A DNA stretch of 64,000 bases, from positions 480,001 through 544,000 of the forward strand of contig CAXXKJ010000002.1 in NCBI GenBank assembly GCA_963675295.2, read 5' to 3'. The first letter of the stretch is position 1; the number at the start of each line of letters is the position of its first letter. The notes below the pieces were generated by a model. The model ran no database searches, was not told where the DNA came from, and saw only the letters and a list, made by a program, of their open reading frames with translations. This document shows positions 19,183 to 28,985 of this stretch, piece after piece. The DNA is from a bacterium (GTDB lineage: Bacteria; Electryoneota; Electryoneia; Electryoneales; Electryoneaceae). The position numbers and the translations under genes were made by a program.

Positions 19183-19925
19183 GCTATCTCCTCTACCTGT
19201 CGAATTGCGGTGCAAGCTTGTGGCCCTGTGTGACGGTGCTGAATGCTCCGTTCACATTATCTCGCTATTCGAATAGCGGGAAAAGGTTGGATCGGGGCCG
19301 GACGCAGACGCCGCGTGCGTTTTTGCAAGGTTGGCGGCAAGGATGCCTGTGAAGAATATCGCAAAGATCTGTTGGTTCTGCAATAACCCCACTGTGTTAG
19401 CCACTTCTAATCCTTGAAGTCGTGTGCTATCAACGGCTTCGGGGGGATTTGGGAGTCGATTTTCACGTGCGCGAACTTCCCCCGGCCCCCCGGAATCGTG
19501 GTCGAAACCGGGTGTTTTGTGAAGAAGTTCACAGAATGTGGAGTCAAGTTATCGTTTTCCTCCCAGTCCGGCAAAGATGCGGGTTTAGAACAGTGGGAAC
19601 AAGAGCTCGGAGTCGGAAAATGGCGGTTCGCGACGGGTTGGATGGGGATCGCCCAAGCCAGGACACCCGACGTGCGAACGGCGGCAAGTCGGGCCACACT
19701 TGTCACCAGCATCGAGTCAGCGTCAGCAAGTTTTTTGACACGGGCACTTCATTGGCACCCGGGATGGCAAAGAACACCGGGTCGAGGAATACCACCGGGT
19801 CGGGTGTCTCGGGAGGGGTGGAACAGTCGGTATTTGTTTCCGGATTTGATTGAAACGGAAACATTTCTACCGTAAACTCCCTGTGTCACAATTACGATCA
19901 TTGTTCTGAAACCTTGGGAGTGAGT

Positions 19926-21389
19926 ATGAAGACAGTCATCCGTTTATCCCTCATCGTTTGCTTGTTTCTTGTCCCGCAAGTCGTTTCAATCGCCCAGCCA
20001 TCACCCCGGCCGGTCGAGCCGCTCTGGTTTACGGTGAACCGTCACTTCACTACGTGGCCCGCAGATTATGTCAGTCATATTCTGCTGCATAGCGGCACGG
20101 GCAACACGTTCTTCTGTGCTGGAAGGTCTGAATATCCAGGCGTTTATGACACCCACGGTGCGATGGTCGCTACGTTTGACCGGACGGGAACTTTGATCGG
20201 CAGTACGTTGGCATTCGCCGGTGAACAGGGTGAAGAATTCACTGGCATGGTCGAAATGGCGGATGGAAGCATCTCGACATCAGGCACTGTATACGATTAC
20301 GACGATTGGGAAGAAGCCCGCGTGGACAATTTCAGCCTCGACCTGACACACAACTGGAGTTATCGCAGGTGGACGACGACGGACTATGTCTATCGTGCCG
20401 GAAGCGTTGCGATTGTGCCGGACAGCGGCCCCGAGACGTTGTTTGTGCCGATCATTCGCCAGCTACGTGGCACGGCTTTCAACGATATTCAGGCTCATCT
20501 CCTGGACAGCGGTGGCAACCTTCAGCAGACGATCGAGCTCGATTTTCCGGAAACAGACCGTAACAAGCCCATACCTACGACCAGCGGACCACCGGAGTCC
20601 GGTTCGGTGTATGTTGGTCATAAAAACCACGTCATGTATGTGCATGTTGACCCGTACATTCTCAATTGGACAACCGAGGTAAGTTCCAATATTGTCTCAA
20701 TGACATCCACGCACGATAGCGGTATCATTGTGGCTGGATTCCACACCCAGATAATTCAGAGCTATGTTACGAAACTGTCGGCGGCTGGTGTTGAGGAATG
20801 GACGCTGTGGTTGGATCAAGATATTGTCCATGATGTTATTGAAATGGAAAGTGGGCAGTTGATCGTCGTTGCCATCGATAATAGCGTCGGTGAGCCGGAT
20901 CAGGACCAGATCGTGCTGTATGGGATCTCATCGACAGGCGAACGGGCGTGGACATGGCGTAACCGATATCGCACTAATGGAACCTGTCTGACGGTGACCG
21001 GAGATCGAACTTTTGTCATGGGCGGGTATTATGCGAACGAGGAAACGCGTTCGCTGCTGGCAGAATTCATGCTTCCTGATGAAACGCATTTCACCGACCC
21101 GGGGGATCTGCGAATCCGGCCGATGATTACGCTTCATGACGCGTTCCCGAACCCGTTCAACGCGGCGACGACAGTGGCGCTGACGTTGCCGGAGACGGCG
21201 AACGTGACAGCGGTGGTGTATGATCTGCTCGGCCGTCCGGTGCGGACGTTGGCGCAGAATCAGCAATTCAGCGCCGGCGAACACCGATTCGCAGTGGATG
21301 GGACGGGGTTGGCGTCCGGGACGTACATCCTGTCACTGGATGCCGGCGCGGCGGGGGTGAGTTCGAGACGGATTACGCTGGTGAAGTAG
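19926..21389 (+). CDS. Secreted beta-propeller-like protein with T9SS type A sorting domain
   Basis: Signal peptide from ATG 19926; FPNPFN...LASGTYIL...RITLVK. Confidence 0.85.
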   Translation: MKTVIRLSLIVCLFLVPQVVSIAQPSPRPVEPLWFTVNRHFTTWPADYVSHILLHSGTGNTFFCAGRSEYPGVYDTHGAMVATFDRTGTLIGSTLAFAGEQGEEFTGMVEMADGSISTSGTVYDYDDWEEARVDNFSLDLTHNWSYRRWTTTDYVYRAGSVAIVPDSGPETLFVPIIRQLRGTAFNDIQAHLLDSGGNLQQTIELDFPETDRNKPIPTTSGPPESGSVYVGHKNHVMYVHVDPYILNWTTEVSSNIVSMTSTHDSGIIVAGFHTQIIQSYVTKLSAAGVEEWTLWLDQDIVHDVIEMESGQLIVVAIDNSVGEPDQDQIVLYGISSTGERAWTWRNRYRTNGTCLTVTGDRTFVMGGYYANEETRSLLAEFMLPDETHFTDPGDLRIRPMITLHDAFPNPFNAATTVALTLPETANVTAVVYDLLGRPVRTLAQNQQFSAGEHRFAVDGTGLASGTYILSLDAGAAGVSSRRITLVK

Positions 21390-21421
21390 GTGGACGATCT
21401 GTACCAGGCTGAAGACACAAT

Positions 21422-21446
21422 TGCCCCGGGCAGCCAACCCGGGGCA
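21422..21446. terminator. Hairpin between convergent genes
   Basis: TGCCCCGGG-CAGCCAA-CCCGGGGCA. Confidence 0.6.
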
Positions 21447-21875
21447 TCGTTGTTTAAATCGTACGGCGAATCGAATCAGGCACTACTTGTTGACTATTCC
21501 CCCGACAGCTTCTCGAAATCGAAGTGATCCCGCACCTGCACCTGCACCGGCGGATTGGTGACAGTGATGATACCCCAGTAGCGATAGTCACCCGGCGGCG
21601 CTATCGCTGGAACCTGCACGGGAAGCGTATTGAATTGCAACGTCGCGCCGGCATTGAGCTGCAGCCCGTTCCGCAGGTAATCCTGCACGGTATTTCCATT
21701 TGGCAGCACGGCTTCGGTCTGTCCGCGAACGACGAGGTTGTAGGGACTGTTGTTGGTCAGGGTGACGGCGAATGTGAACGTGCCGCCGCCTGGCGGAACG
21801 GTTGGATACGCCGGGTTGGGTGTCATCGTGAACTCCAGCGGCATGCTGGTGTTTTCGACGATGATCAGGCTGTCA
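21426..21875. repeat. 450-bp direct repeat, copy 1
   Basis: Near-identical to 23489-23938 (offset 2063; about 6 substitutions by eye). Confidence 0.95.
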
Positions 21876-22978
21876 CCGACGACGGCGAGGTCGATGTCGT
21901 GATCGAAGTCAAGGTCACCGCAGGCGACAGCTGCATACTCTGGATCCTCGAGTGCAACGAAAGCATAGGAATCGGGATAATCGCTAAAGTCTCCAGACCC
22001 ATCGTTGTGTACGATGCTTAGCCGTCCCAGCTGTAAGTAATCGTCCGCGGGCACAACACAGACATCGGTGTGACCATCCATGTTGAAATCACCTGCAATG
22101 GCGTCGACGATCTTGTACTCCCATACATCCACGTGCGAAATCGGCTGAAAAGTACCGTCGCCGTTGTTCAATGAGGTGAAGGCGCCATTCAACCCGAAAT
22201 TCGTACCGTAGCTTGAGAACAGCAGATCCGGATACGTATCTCCATTGAAATCAGCCGTGCGCATCCGTTGCGGGTAGTCGTTCCAGATAGAGCCCAGGAG
22301 GACTGGGGTGTCGAAGGTGCCGTCGCCGTTGTTCAGCATGAACATGACGTTAGTCTGCGATGAGAAGGCGAGGTCGAAATCACCATCATGATCGAAGTCA
22401 TCTGTGGTAATGGTTTCGATGTTGTGTTCGTCTACGATCACGACACCGTCCTGGAACGTTCCATCTCCGTTGCCGAGAAACAGGTCAATGGTTGCGGCGA
22501 ACAACGTGGAGGCGACGGCGAGGTCGGGGTTGCCGTCCCCGTCGAAATCCGCGCAGGCCATGGAAAAGGGATGGGCATAAAACGGAAGGTTCACGGCAGG
22601 GCCGAACGAGCCATCCCCGTTGTTGAAGAAGAGTTTGACGTTCTCCCCCAACCCGCCGAGCATGATATCGATGTCCTGATCCCCTTCCAGGTCGGCCGCG
22701 AAGATGTTCTCGATGTACACCATGTCACTCTCGCCGACCCAGAGCAGGCTGAAGTTGCCATCCCCGTCACCGGCGTAGACGTGCACGGCTTCCACGTGAT
22801 CCCATCGATCTCCTGTGGCGATGTCGAGGAAACCGTCCCCGTTGAAGTCCGCGGTGGTGATGCAATAGGGCTCTGGTCCCACAGGATAGCGATCACGAAC
22901 TTCGAGGTATTGTGCTGGAGCCAGCCTGGCAAACTGGAGAATAAAGAGGATAGACAGGACGAATTTAGTCGCAGGCAT
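21494..22978 (-). CDS. FG-GAP repeat protein with C-terminal GG...APPGDY domain, no T9SS CTD
   Basis: Signal peptide from ATG 22978 (GGAGG RBS); 7 DFxGDGxxD-type repeats. Confidence 0.9.
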   Translation of the reverse strand: MPATKFVLSILFILQFARLAPAQYLEVRDRYPVGPEPYCITTADFNGDGFLDIATGDRWDHVEAVHVYAGDGDGNFSLLWVGESDMVYIENIFAADLEGDQDIDIMLGGLGENVKLFFNNGDGSFGPAVNLPFYAHPFSMACADFDGDGNPDLAVASTLFAATIDLFLGNGDGTFQDGVVIVDEHNIETITTDDFDHDGDFDLAFSSQTNVMFMLNNGDGTFDTPVLLGSIWNDYPQRMRTADFNGDTYPDLLFSSYGTNFGLNGAFTSLNNGDGTFQPISHVDVWEYKIVDAIAGDFNMDGHTDVCVVPADDYLQLGRLSIVHNDGSGDFSDYPDSYAFVALEDPEYAAVACGDLDFDHDIDLAVVGDSLIIVENTSMPLEFTMTPNPAYPTVPPGGGTFTFAVTLTNNSPYNLVVRGQTEAVLPNGNTVQDYLRNGLQLNAGATLQFNTLPVQVPAIAPPGDYRYWGIITVTNPPVQVQVRDHFDFEKLSGE

Positions 22979-23488
22979 AGATCTCACCCTCCCGGCTTGA
23001 AAAATCATCCGAGTTTAAGGGGGCTCTCAGACCAGCGTAACCCGTCAATAGGTGAAAAGATAGGACAGAATAAAAAGCACTGCAAAACAAGAGTTAAATA
23101 GAATGAAGAATAAGTCTCCATTTAGAGAACAATCGCTGAGACCTGGCCCCGAAATTCATGAATGAGCGGGAGGGCAAAGGAATCGCTTACAGGGCTCAAC
23201 AAAGATTCCGGTCGTGTCGGATCTGAAACCCAAGAGTCTCCGGATGGGGCTGTCCGGTTTCCAGCCGCAGCCTAGAGCATTCAGCCCACAATCAGTCGCC
23301 CTGATACCTGACTTGGACAACAACACCGAATCAAACCACGCAATCCGCATGTAACTGTTCCGCGTCAGCAAGTTTTTTAACACGGGCACTTCATTGGGTA
23401 GCGCACAGCCTACAGCGGAGAGCCGGTGGCAATGACACCCGGCTTGCGAAGGGCGGCAAGTCGGGCCATGCCGACCAAAGAGATCGCA

Positions 23489-23938
23489 CCGGGCAGCCAA
23501 CCCGGGGCATCGTTGTTTAAATCGTACGGCGAATCGAATCAGGCACTACTTGTTGACTATTCCCCCGACAGCTTCTCGAAATCGAAGTGATCCCGCACCT
23601 GCACCTGCACCGGCGGATTGGTGACAGTGATGATACCCCAGTAGCGATAGTCACCAGGCGGCGCTATCGCTGGAACCTGCACGGGAAGCGTATTGAATTG
23701 CAACGTCGCGCCGGCATTGAGCTGCAGCCCGTTCCGCAGGTAATCCTGCACGGTATTTCCATTTGGCAGCACGGCTTCGGTCTGTCCGCGAACGACGAGG
23801 TTGTACGAGCTGTTATTGGTCAGGGTGACGGCGAATGTGAACGTTCCGCCGCCTGGCGGAACGGTTGGATACGCCGGGTTGGGTGTCATCGTGAACTCCA
23901 GCGGCATGCTGGTGTTTTCGACGATGATCAGGCTGTCA
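23489..23938. repeat. 450-bp direct repeat, copy 2
   Basis: Near-identical to 21426-21875. Confidence 0.95.
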
Positions 23939-25020
23939 GAGGTGAATGCAATGTCGAGGTCCCCATCGAAGTCGAAATCGCCGCTGGCCAGGGCAGAGGG
24001 ACGCCCATGTGCAGTCCGCACCATATCACCCCACTCGGAGAAATCACCTTCACCGCTGTTTTTCATGACAAACGCATAGCCACCAGTCAGATACGCACTA
24101 GCCTCAATTACGCAGATATCGAGATCGCCGTCCATGTCGAAATCGCCGGGGATCGCATCTACACAGTACGGAAAACCGGTTAGTATATCGACTGGGGATT
24201 GAAATGTACCGTCGCCATTATTGAGCACAACCCATGGGCGGCCTTCCAGGTCGACTGAGGGAAAGGTGAACAACAGGTCTGGAGCACCATCGTTAGTGAA
24301 GTCGGCGGTCCTTATCCGGTGCATATCCCATCGGTTCATCGTACCGATCATCACTGCTGGTGCGAAGGATCCGTCACCATTGCCAAGCATGGTCTTGATG
24401 TCAGACTGACTTGAAAACGCGAGGTCGAAATCGCCGTCTCCGTCGAGATCGTCCGTGGTTACCATATTTACACGGGTTTCGTCGTAGACCTGTACAGGAT
24501 CCTGGAAGCTGCCATCGCCGTTGCCGGCGTAGTAGTTGATAAAACCAGTAAGACGCCCACTCGCGACAACCAGGTCCAGGTTTCCGTCGTTGTTTAAATC
24601 CGCTGTGCATGCCGACTCTGGCTGGAACATGCTATACACGACGGGAGCAGAGAATGTCCCATCTCCATTGTTGAACAGCAGCCGGAATTCGTCAGTATGG
24701 CTGCACAACACCAAGTCCATATCCTGATCTGCATCCAGGTCCCAGCTGTACATGTTTGTCAGTGCTCCCTGTCCACCGTCTGTCACATTCAGAAGGTCGA
24801 AATTCCCGTGACCGTCCGCTGAAAAGACGTAGATGTCAGTAGTTTGATCGTCTCCAACGGCCAGATCCATGAAGCCATCGCCGTCAAAATCAGCAGAAGC
24901 AATAGCGATCGGACTCGGTCCAACCCCAAGTTGCTGGTGAATCTGCAGGTAATCCGCGGCGGCAGTGCAGGTGATCGTGAGAATGGCAAGGAGTGACAAG
25001 ACGGCTCGGTTCGGACTCAT
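23557..25020 (-). CDS. FG-GAP repeat protein, paralogue of 21494-22978
   Basis: Signal peptide, 7 FG-GAP repeats, last ~125 aa almost identical to the neighbouring paralogue. Confidence 0.9.
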   Translation of the reverse strand: MSPNRAVLSLLAILTITCTAAADYLQIHQQLGVGPSPIAIASADFDGDGFMDLAVGDDQTTDIYVFSADGHGNFDLLNVTDGGQGALTNMYSWDLDADQDMDLVLCSHTDEFRLLFNNGDGTFSAPVVYSMFQPESACTADLNNDGNLDLVVASGRLTGFINYYAGNGDGSFQDPVQVYDETRVNMVTTDDLDGDGDFDLAFSSQSDIKTMLGNGDGSFAPAVMIGTMNRWDMHRIRTADFTNDGAPDLLFTFPSVDLEGRPWVVLNNGDGTFQSPVDILTGFPYCVDAIPGDFDMDGDLDICVIEASAYLTGGYAFVMKNSGEGDFSEWGDMVRTAHGRPSALASGDFDFDGDLDIAFTSDSLIIVENTSMPLEFTMTPNPAYPTVPPGGGTFTFAVTLTNNSSYNLVVRGQTEAVLPNGNTVQDYLRNGLQLNAGATLQFNTLPVQVPAIAPPGDYRYWGIITVTNPPVQVQVRDHFDFEKLSGE

Positions 25021-25323
25021 GATTCCCCCACGAAAGCCCAGTGAATCGCAATAAACGAATCGGAATACGTCGCAATTCGCAATGCTGGCTATAAATACAC
25101 AGAAATTGGAACAGAAACAAAGGGTATTCTGAAATAATCCAAAAAATCATAGAGGCGGGCTATTCGCGGGGGATGGTAGCGACGCAGGCGAGAGGTATAC
25201 CGGGAATACCTGATACTCGCGGGAGCTGATTGCCCGCATCGGCAGCACCAACACGGGCAAGAACTACGAGATTTCTTCGAATCTCAAATCTGAAACGCCA
25301 CAGTCTATAGTCCTCAACCGACT

Positions 25324-26667
25324 TTACGTCCCGAAATCGGGCGTGGCTTCAGCAACTTCGAACGTGAAGTCGGTCGGGTCGCCGAACCATTCGTAGATGG
25401 CGAAGAAGTAGGCACCCGGCGAATAGAACGCACGGTGGCGGACATTCATGTCGAGATCGGAATCGTCGATCTCCTCGTGCATCACGAGTTCGTCCGGTCC
25501 GTAAATCGCGAGCACCGGATCACCGCTCTGGGAGAGCAATTCGATGGTGTAGTCGCCAGCGGATTCAATCTCGAGCTTGTACCACATCGCGGTGCCATCC
25601 TCGGGGAATTCGCCGGTGATGTGCTGGCCGAGGGTCATCGCGGGCATGTCAGCCGGACGAGGCGGGTTGGCGAGCGCGAGGTTGACGTCGGTGACCTGGC
25701 CGGAGCCCATCCGTTCGAGCGAATGGACCACACTTCCGCCCCGTTCCGTCAACGTTGCCATCGCGAAGCGTTCGCCCGGGTAATCGATCAGACCTTCGTG
25801 CTTGAGGAAGTCCATGTACTGCCGGTAGACCGGGTCGGCGCCGTATTCGTCGAACAGGTTTGCGGCGGCGTCGGGCCCCTGGGCGACTTCGTGCAGCAGC
25901 AGGTCCATGCCTTGCGCCATGATGATCTGCGAGAGCACGGAATCGGTGAGATGGCCTTCGATCTTGGACGATTGGCCGTTTCCGGTGCGGGTCAGGGTGC
26001 GCTCGATGGCGCCGGAGACGGTTCCGGCGGATTGCACATCACCGCTGCGGCGGTTGACAAGTTCGGCAAAGCTGCGCGGGTCGTACTGCGATCCTTTCAG
26101 GATGTGCAGGATCGAGGTCAGGTACCCGGGCGAGGCGATCATCACGCCGATGATCAGCACGGCGATGATGGTGATGAAGGTGTTGCGCTGGTGGTAGGCC
26201 GCGAACACAATCGCCGACAGGCTGATCAGCATCGGCGGAATGGTGACGACCGGGGTCGGTGCGTTGAAGAACGGGTTGACCAGGTGCATCGTGAACGAAA
26301 TCATCGCGGTCAGCACACCCACACCAAATGAGATGACGAGCATGGTTTGCATCGCGATGAAACGGTCGCTGGCCCGTCGCCCGCCGGGGGCTCGCTCGCG
26401 CCGGTCGCTGCGTCGTTCGACGAATGTCCCGTTCGGCCCACCGGAAGACGGCATCGGGATGTCGGAATCGACGGTATAGGTGCCGTTCCGTTGTTCGCGG
26501 GGGTCGACATTGAGTTCGCTGTCCGGCTGATCGGTGGGGAGGGTTGCGTTTCGGAGTTCCCGCCGTCGCATGGTCTGTGTCCACACCATCACCGCCTGGG
26601 CGGTGGATTGCAGCCGTCTCAGCGAACGGGCCCCACGTTGCCGTGGGAGTCGCGGTTCCTGTTCCAT
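25324..26667 (-). CDS. Membrane protein with C-terminal PPC-like beta domain
   Basis: GAGGT RBS before ATG 26667; three hydrophobic helices; C-terminal WYKL...GDYTIEL...GDPVLAIYG...DDSD...PGAYFF resembles pre-peptidase C-terminal domains. Confidence 0.75.
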   Translation of the reverse strand: MEQEPRLPRQRGARSLRRLQSTAQAVMVWTQTMRRRELRNATLPTDQPDSELNVDPREQRNGTYTVDSDIPMPSSGGPNGTFVERRSDRRERAPGGRRASDRFIAMQTMLVISFGVGVLTAMISFTMHLVNPFFNAPTPVVTIPPMLISLSAIVFAAYHQRNTFITIIAVLIIGVMIASPGYLTSILHILKGSQYDPRSFAELVNRRSGDVQSAGTVSGAIERTLTRTGNGQSSKIEGHLTDSVLSQIIMAQGMDLLLHEVAQGPDAAANLFDEYGADPVYRQYMDFLKHEGLIDYPGERFAMATLTERGGSVVHSLERMGSGQVTDVNLALANPPRPADMPAMTLGQHITGEFPEDGTAMWYKLEIESAGDYTIELLSQSGDPVLAIYGPDELVMHEEIDDSDLDMNVRHRAFYSPGAYFFAIYEWFGDPTDFTFEVAEATPDFGT

Positions 26668-26966
26668 GGTACACCTCGAAAAAGATAACTGCCTCGCCGA
26701 AAAGTAGGATATCCTAACATAGAGTACAAGAGAAACGCGGAAAGTGAGGATTATCACTCGGAGACGCAGTTTAGGAGTGTGTTCAAACGCGATCAAGGCG
26801 GTAGCTGTAGAAACGAAAGAATAGAAATATCCGTAATACACGAAAGAGCACGAATCTAGTTGGATAAGCTGGTACACGAACAAAATAGTGCCGTCACCGG
26901 TGTTGTTTCGCAGTGTGGGGCGGTGCTGGCTCAGGGCACTGGTCCCGGCTCAGAGTAGCGATCCAA

Positions 26967-27035
26967 TTTATAGGGGTCTGTCCCTGGTTTTCTTCAAGCC
27001 AGCTATGAAATATAATAGGGACAGACCCCTATAAA
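26967..27035. repeat. 19-bp perfect inverted repeat (REPIN/MITE-like)
   Basis: TTTATAGGGGTCTGTCCCT, 31-nt spacer, AGGGACAGACCCCTATAAA. Confidence 0.85.
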
Positions 27036-27083
27036 ATGAACGACTCGGAAAACGGGATTTCGTAATCACGTTGGAATTCGTAG

Positions 27084-28679
27084 TCACTCCGGATCGGGTG
27101 GGTTTTTGCGGATCAGCAGCGTGTCAGCGGAAAAAATTTCGTGGGGGTAGTGTCCGAGACGGCCAATGAAACGGTAGAGGCCGGTGTCGGCGTCCGCGGA
27201 AACGGTCTGGTTCAGTGGGTAGTCGGTCGAACTCTGCGGGTCAAGGGCGACTCGTGCGAAACGTACCGGGGGAGTGAGCGTGCTGTCGGGGGTTTCTACC
27301 ACAGCCCACGCGGCCAGGGTGCGGCGTTGACCGGTGTTGTTTTCGAGGGTCGCGGTGTAGTCGAACTCGCCGCCGCCGGCCGGGATGTCGACGGTGTCCG
27401 GCGGGTCGGAGGTCAGGGTGAGGCGTAGCCACGGCAGGCGTGCGGAGATGCGTATGGCGATCACGTTGCGGTTGTGTGACTGGCCGTATGGCGCGCTGGT
27501 TCCAGCAAGGATATACTGGGTTTCGTTGGGACCGTCCACCGGCAGCAGGGCGTAGCCTTTGTCGTTTCCGGTATCGCCGAAGGAGCCGTGCCAGCGTTCG
27601 ACCCCGAGTGCGTTGACGCGGACCACGAACAGGTCTTCGTTGCCGTTGGACGAATAGGACTGGGCGTGCCCGGCGAGCAGCAGGTCACCGTTCGCGAGCG
27701 GGTCGATGGTGCGGAAGCCGTCGTAGCCGGTGCCGCCGATGTAGCGGGTGTCGATCGGGTTGAGGTCAAAATCGAGCAGGGTGAGAAAACCGTCCGTGCG
27801 TTGGCTCGGCTGGTCCGGGACGTACGATTCGCCAGCGAGGTACAGTCGTCCCTGCGGCGTGAACTGGAGGGCATAGACGAATTCGTCGGCGGAATCGTCC
27901 ACGTAGTGCCGGCGGTCGAGCTCGTTGCCCTCGTCGTCAATGTGGAGCAGGAAGGTGTTCCAACGGAGGGGGGCGTTCTCCTCGCGTGCGTGCCCGGCGA
28001 TCAGGTAGCCGCCGTCCGGGTGGGGGATGATCGCGTGGGCTTCGTCCTCCTCGTCAATGTCGAATTCGCGGCTCCATACCATGTCGGCCTGATCGTCGAC
28101 CTTGACCACCCAGACGTTCTGTTCCGGGCCTGGTCCGATGTCATCCTCGACTTTCCCAGCGAAGATGAAGCCGTTGTCGGGTGTGGCGATGATGGTGAAG
28201 GCGGCGGCGATCCAGGTCGCGCCGTCGCTGTAGGTGTAGAGGAAGTTGCCGTCGGTGTCGAACAGGTTCAGCATGCAGTTGGTGTAGTAGTTGCCGCCGG
28301 ATTCGTAATTGTGCGACCCGGCGACGGCGACAGTTGAGCTGTCGGCGGACAACGCGATGGCGTAGGCGTGCTGAGTTTGTTCGAGGTCGAGGGAGCGCAT
28401 CCAGATGCTGTCGCCGTCCGTGGTGATCCGTGTCAGGTGCATGTCGAACAGCAGCGGGGTAGGATGGTTGATTTCGCCGGCGATGATCAGGTCGCCGTTC
28501 TGGTCATCCGCGAGCTGCACCATCCCGGCGGTGCCGGACTGCGATAGAGTGTCGCCGTAGATATGTTGCCAGTGCAATGCAGGTTGCGCGACGGCGGGTG
28601 AAAGCCACAGAAGCGCGGCGGCCAGCGTGAACAGTGCGGCCAGGATGCGGCGACGATATCGGGGGTGCGGTCGAGTCAT
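27084..28679 (-). CDS. Secreted beta-propeller protein with C-terminal GGGEFDY domain, no T9SS CTD
   Basis: Signal peptide; repeated W...G.D......DGGYLIAG units; C-terminal domain like that of the FG-GAP proteins. Confidence 0.85.
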   Translation of the reverse strand: MTRPHPRYRRRILAALFTLAAALLWLSPAVAQPALHWQHIYGDTLSQSGTAGMVQLADDQNGDLIIAGEINHPTPLLFDMHLTRITTDGDSIWMRSLDLEQTQHAYAIALSADSSTVAVAGSHNYESGGNYYTNCMLNLFDTDGNFLYTYSDGATWIAAAFTIIATPDNGFIFAGKVEDDIGPGPEQNVWVVKVDDQADMVWSREFDIDEEDEAHAIIPHPDGGYLIAGHAREENAPLRWNTFLLHIDDEGNELDRRHYVDDSADEFVYALQFTPQGRLYLAGESYVPDQPSQRTDGFLTLLDFDLNPIDTRYIGGTGYDGFRTIDPLANGDLLLAGHAQSYSSNGNEDLFVVRVNALGVERWHGSFGDTGNDKGYALLPVDGPNETQYILAGTSAPYGQSHNRNVIAIRISARLPWLRLTLTSDPPDTVDIPAGGGEFDYTATLENNTGQRRTLAAWAVVETPDSTLTPPVRFARVALDPQSSTDYPLNQTVSADADTGLYRFIGRLGHYPHEIFSADTLLIRKNPPDPE

Positions 28680-28747
28680 GCTGTAAGATGGTGGATTTGC
28701 GGTCGCGGGTCAAAGGGGGAACACAGTTGGTGGCTGTAAAAGCAGTC

Positions 28748-28943
28748 TTGCCCGTGTTGGCTCCGACAACGTGGGTCACACGGGCATGTTGAAATGCGGA
28801 TGACCCCAGACATGAATGTCTGGGGCACCCTGCTGGGTGGCCAGGGTCATCTTGTGACCCGGTTATCCCATTCCGTCTACCGCCGCCCGCAGTCCGTAGC
28901 CCATGCAAAGCGGGTCCGCGTCCGCAAGCGGACACGGGCACGT
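28748..28943. repeat. Cluster of palindromic elements
   Basis: TGCCCGTGT...ACACGGGCA; GGATGACCCCAGACATGAATGTCTGGGGCAC (28798-28828); GTCCGCGTCCGCAAGCGGACACGGGCAC. Confidence 0.75.
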
Positions 28944-28985
28944 CAATACACCACACTTGTGTAGAGCCCAGAGCCCGCAGCCACT

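Noticed and set aside
15577-19233. 1218-aa plus-strand ORF
   Set aside because: Antisense shadow of nifJ caused by GC-rich codon bias; no recognisable motifs. The same applies to the long antisense ORFs over proS, the kinase and the lipoproteins.
21426-23938. Diversity-generating retroelement TR/VR pair
   Set aside because: Differences are not adenine-specific and are mostly synonymous, both copies are coding, and there is no reverse transcriptase in the window
26668-26883. N-terminal extension of the 519-aa ORF
   Set aside because: AT-rich and promoter-like; a better start with RBS exists at 26667
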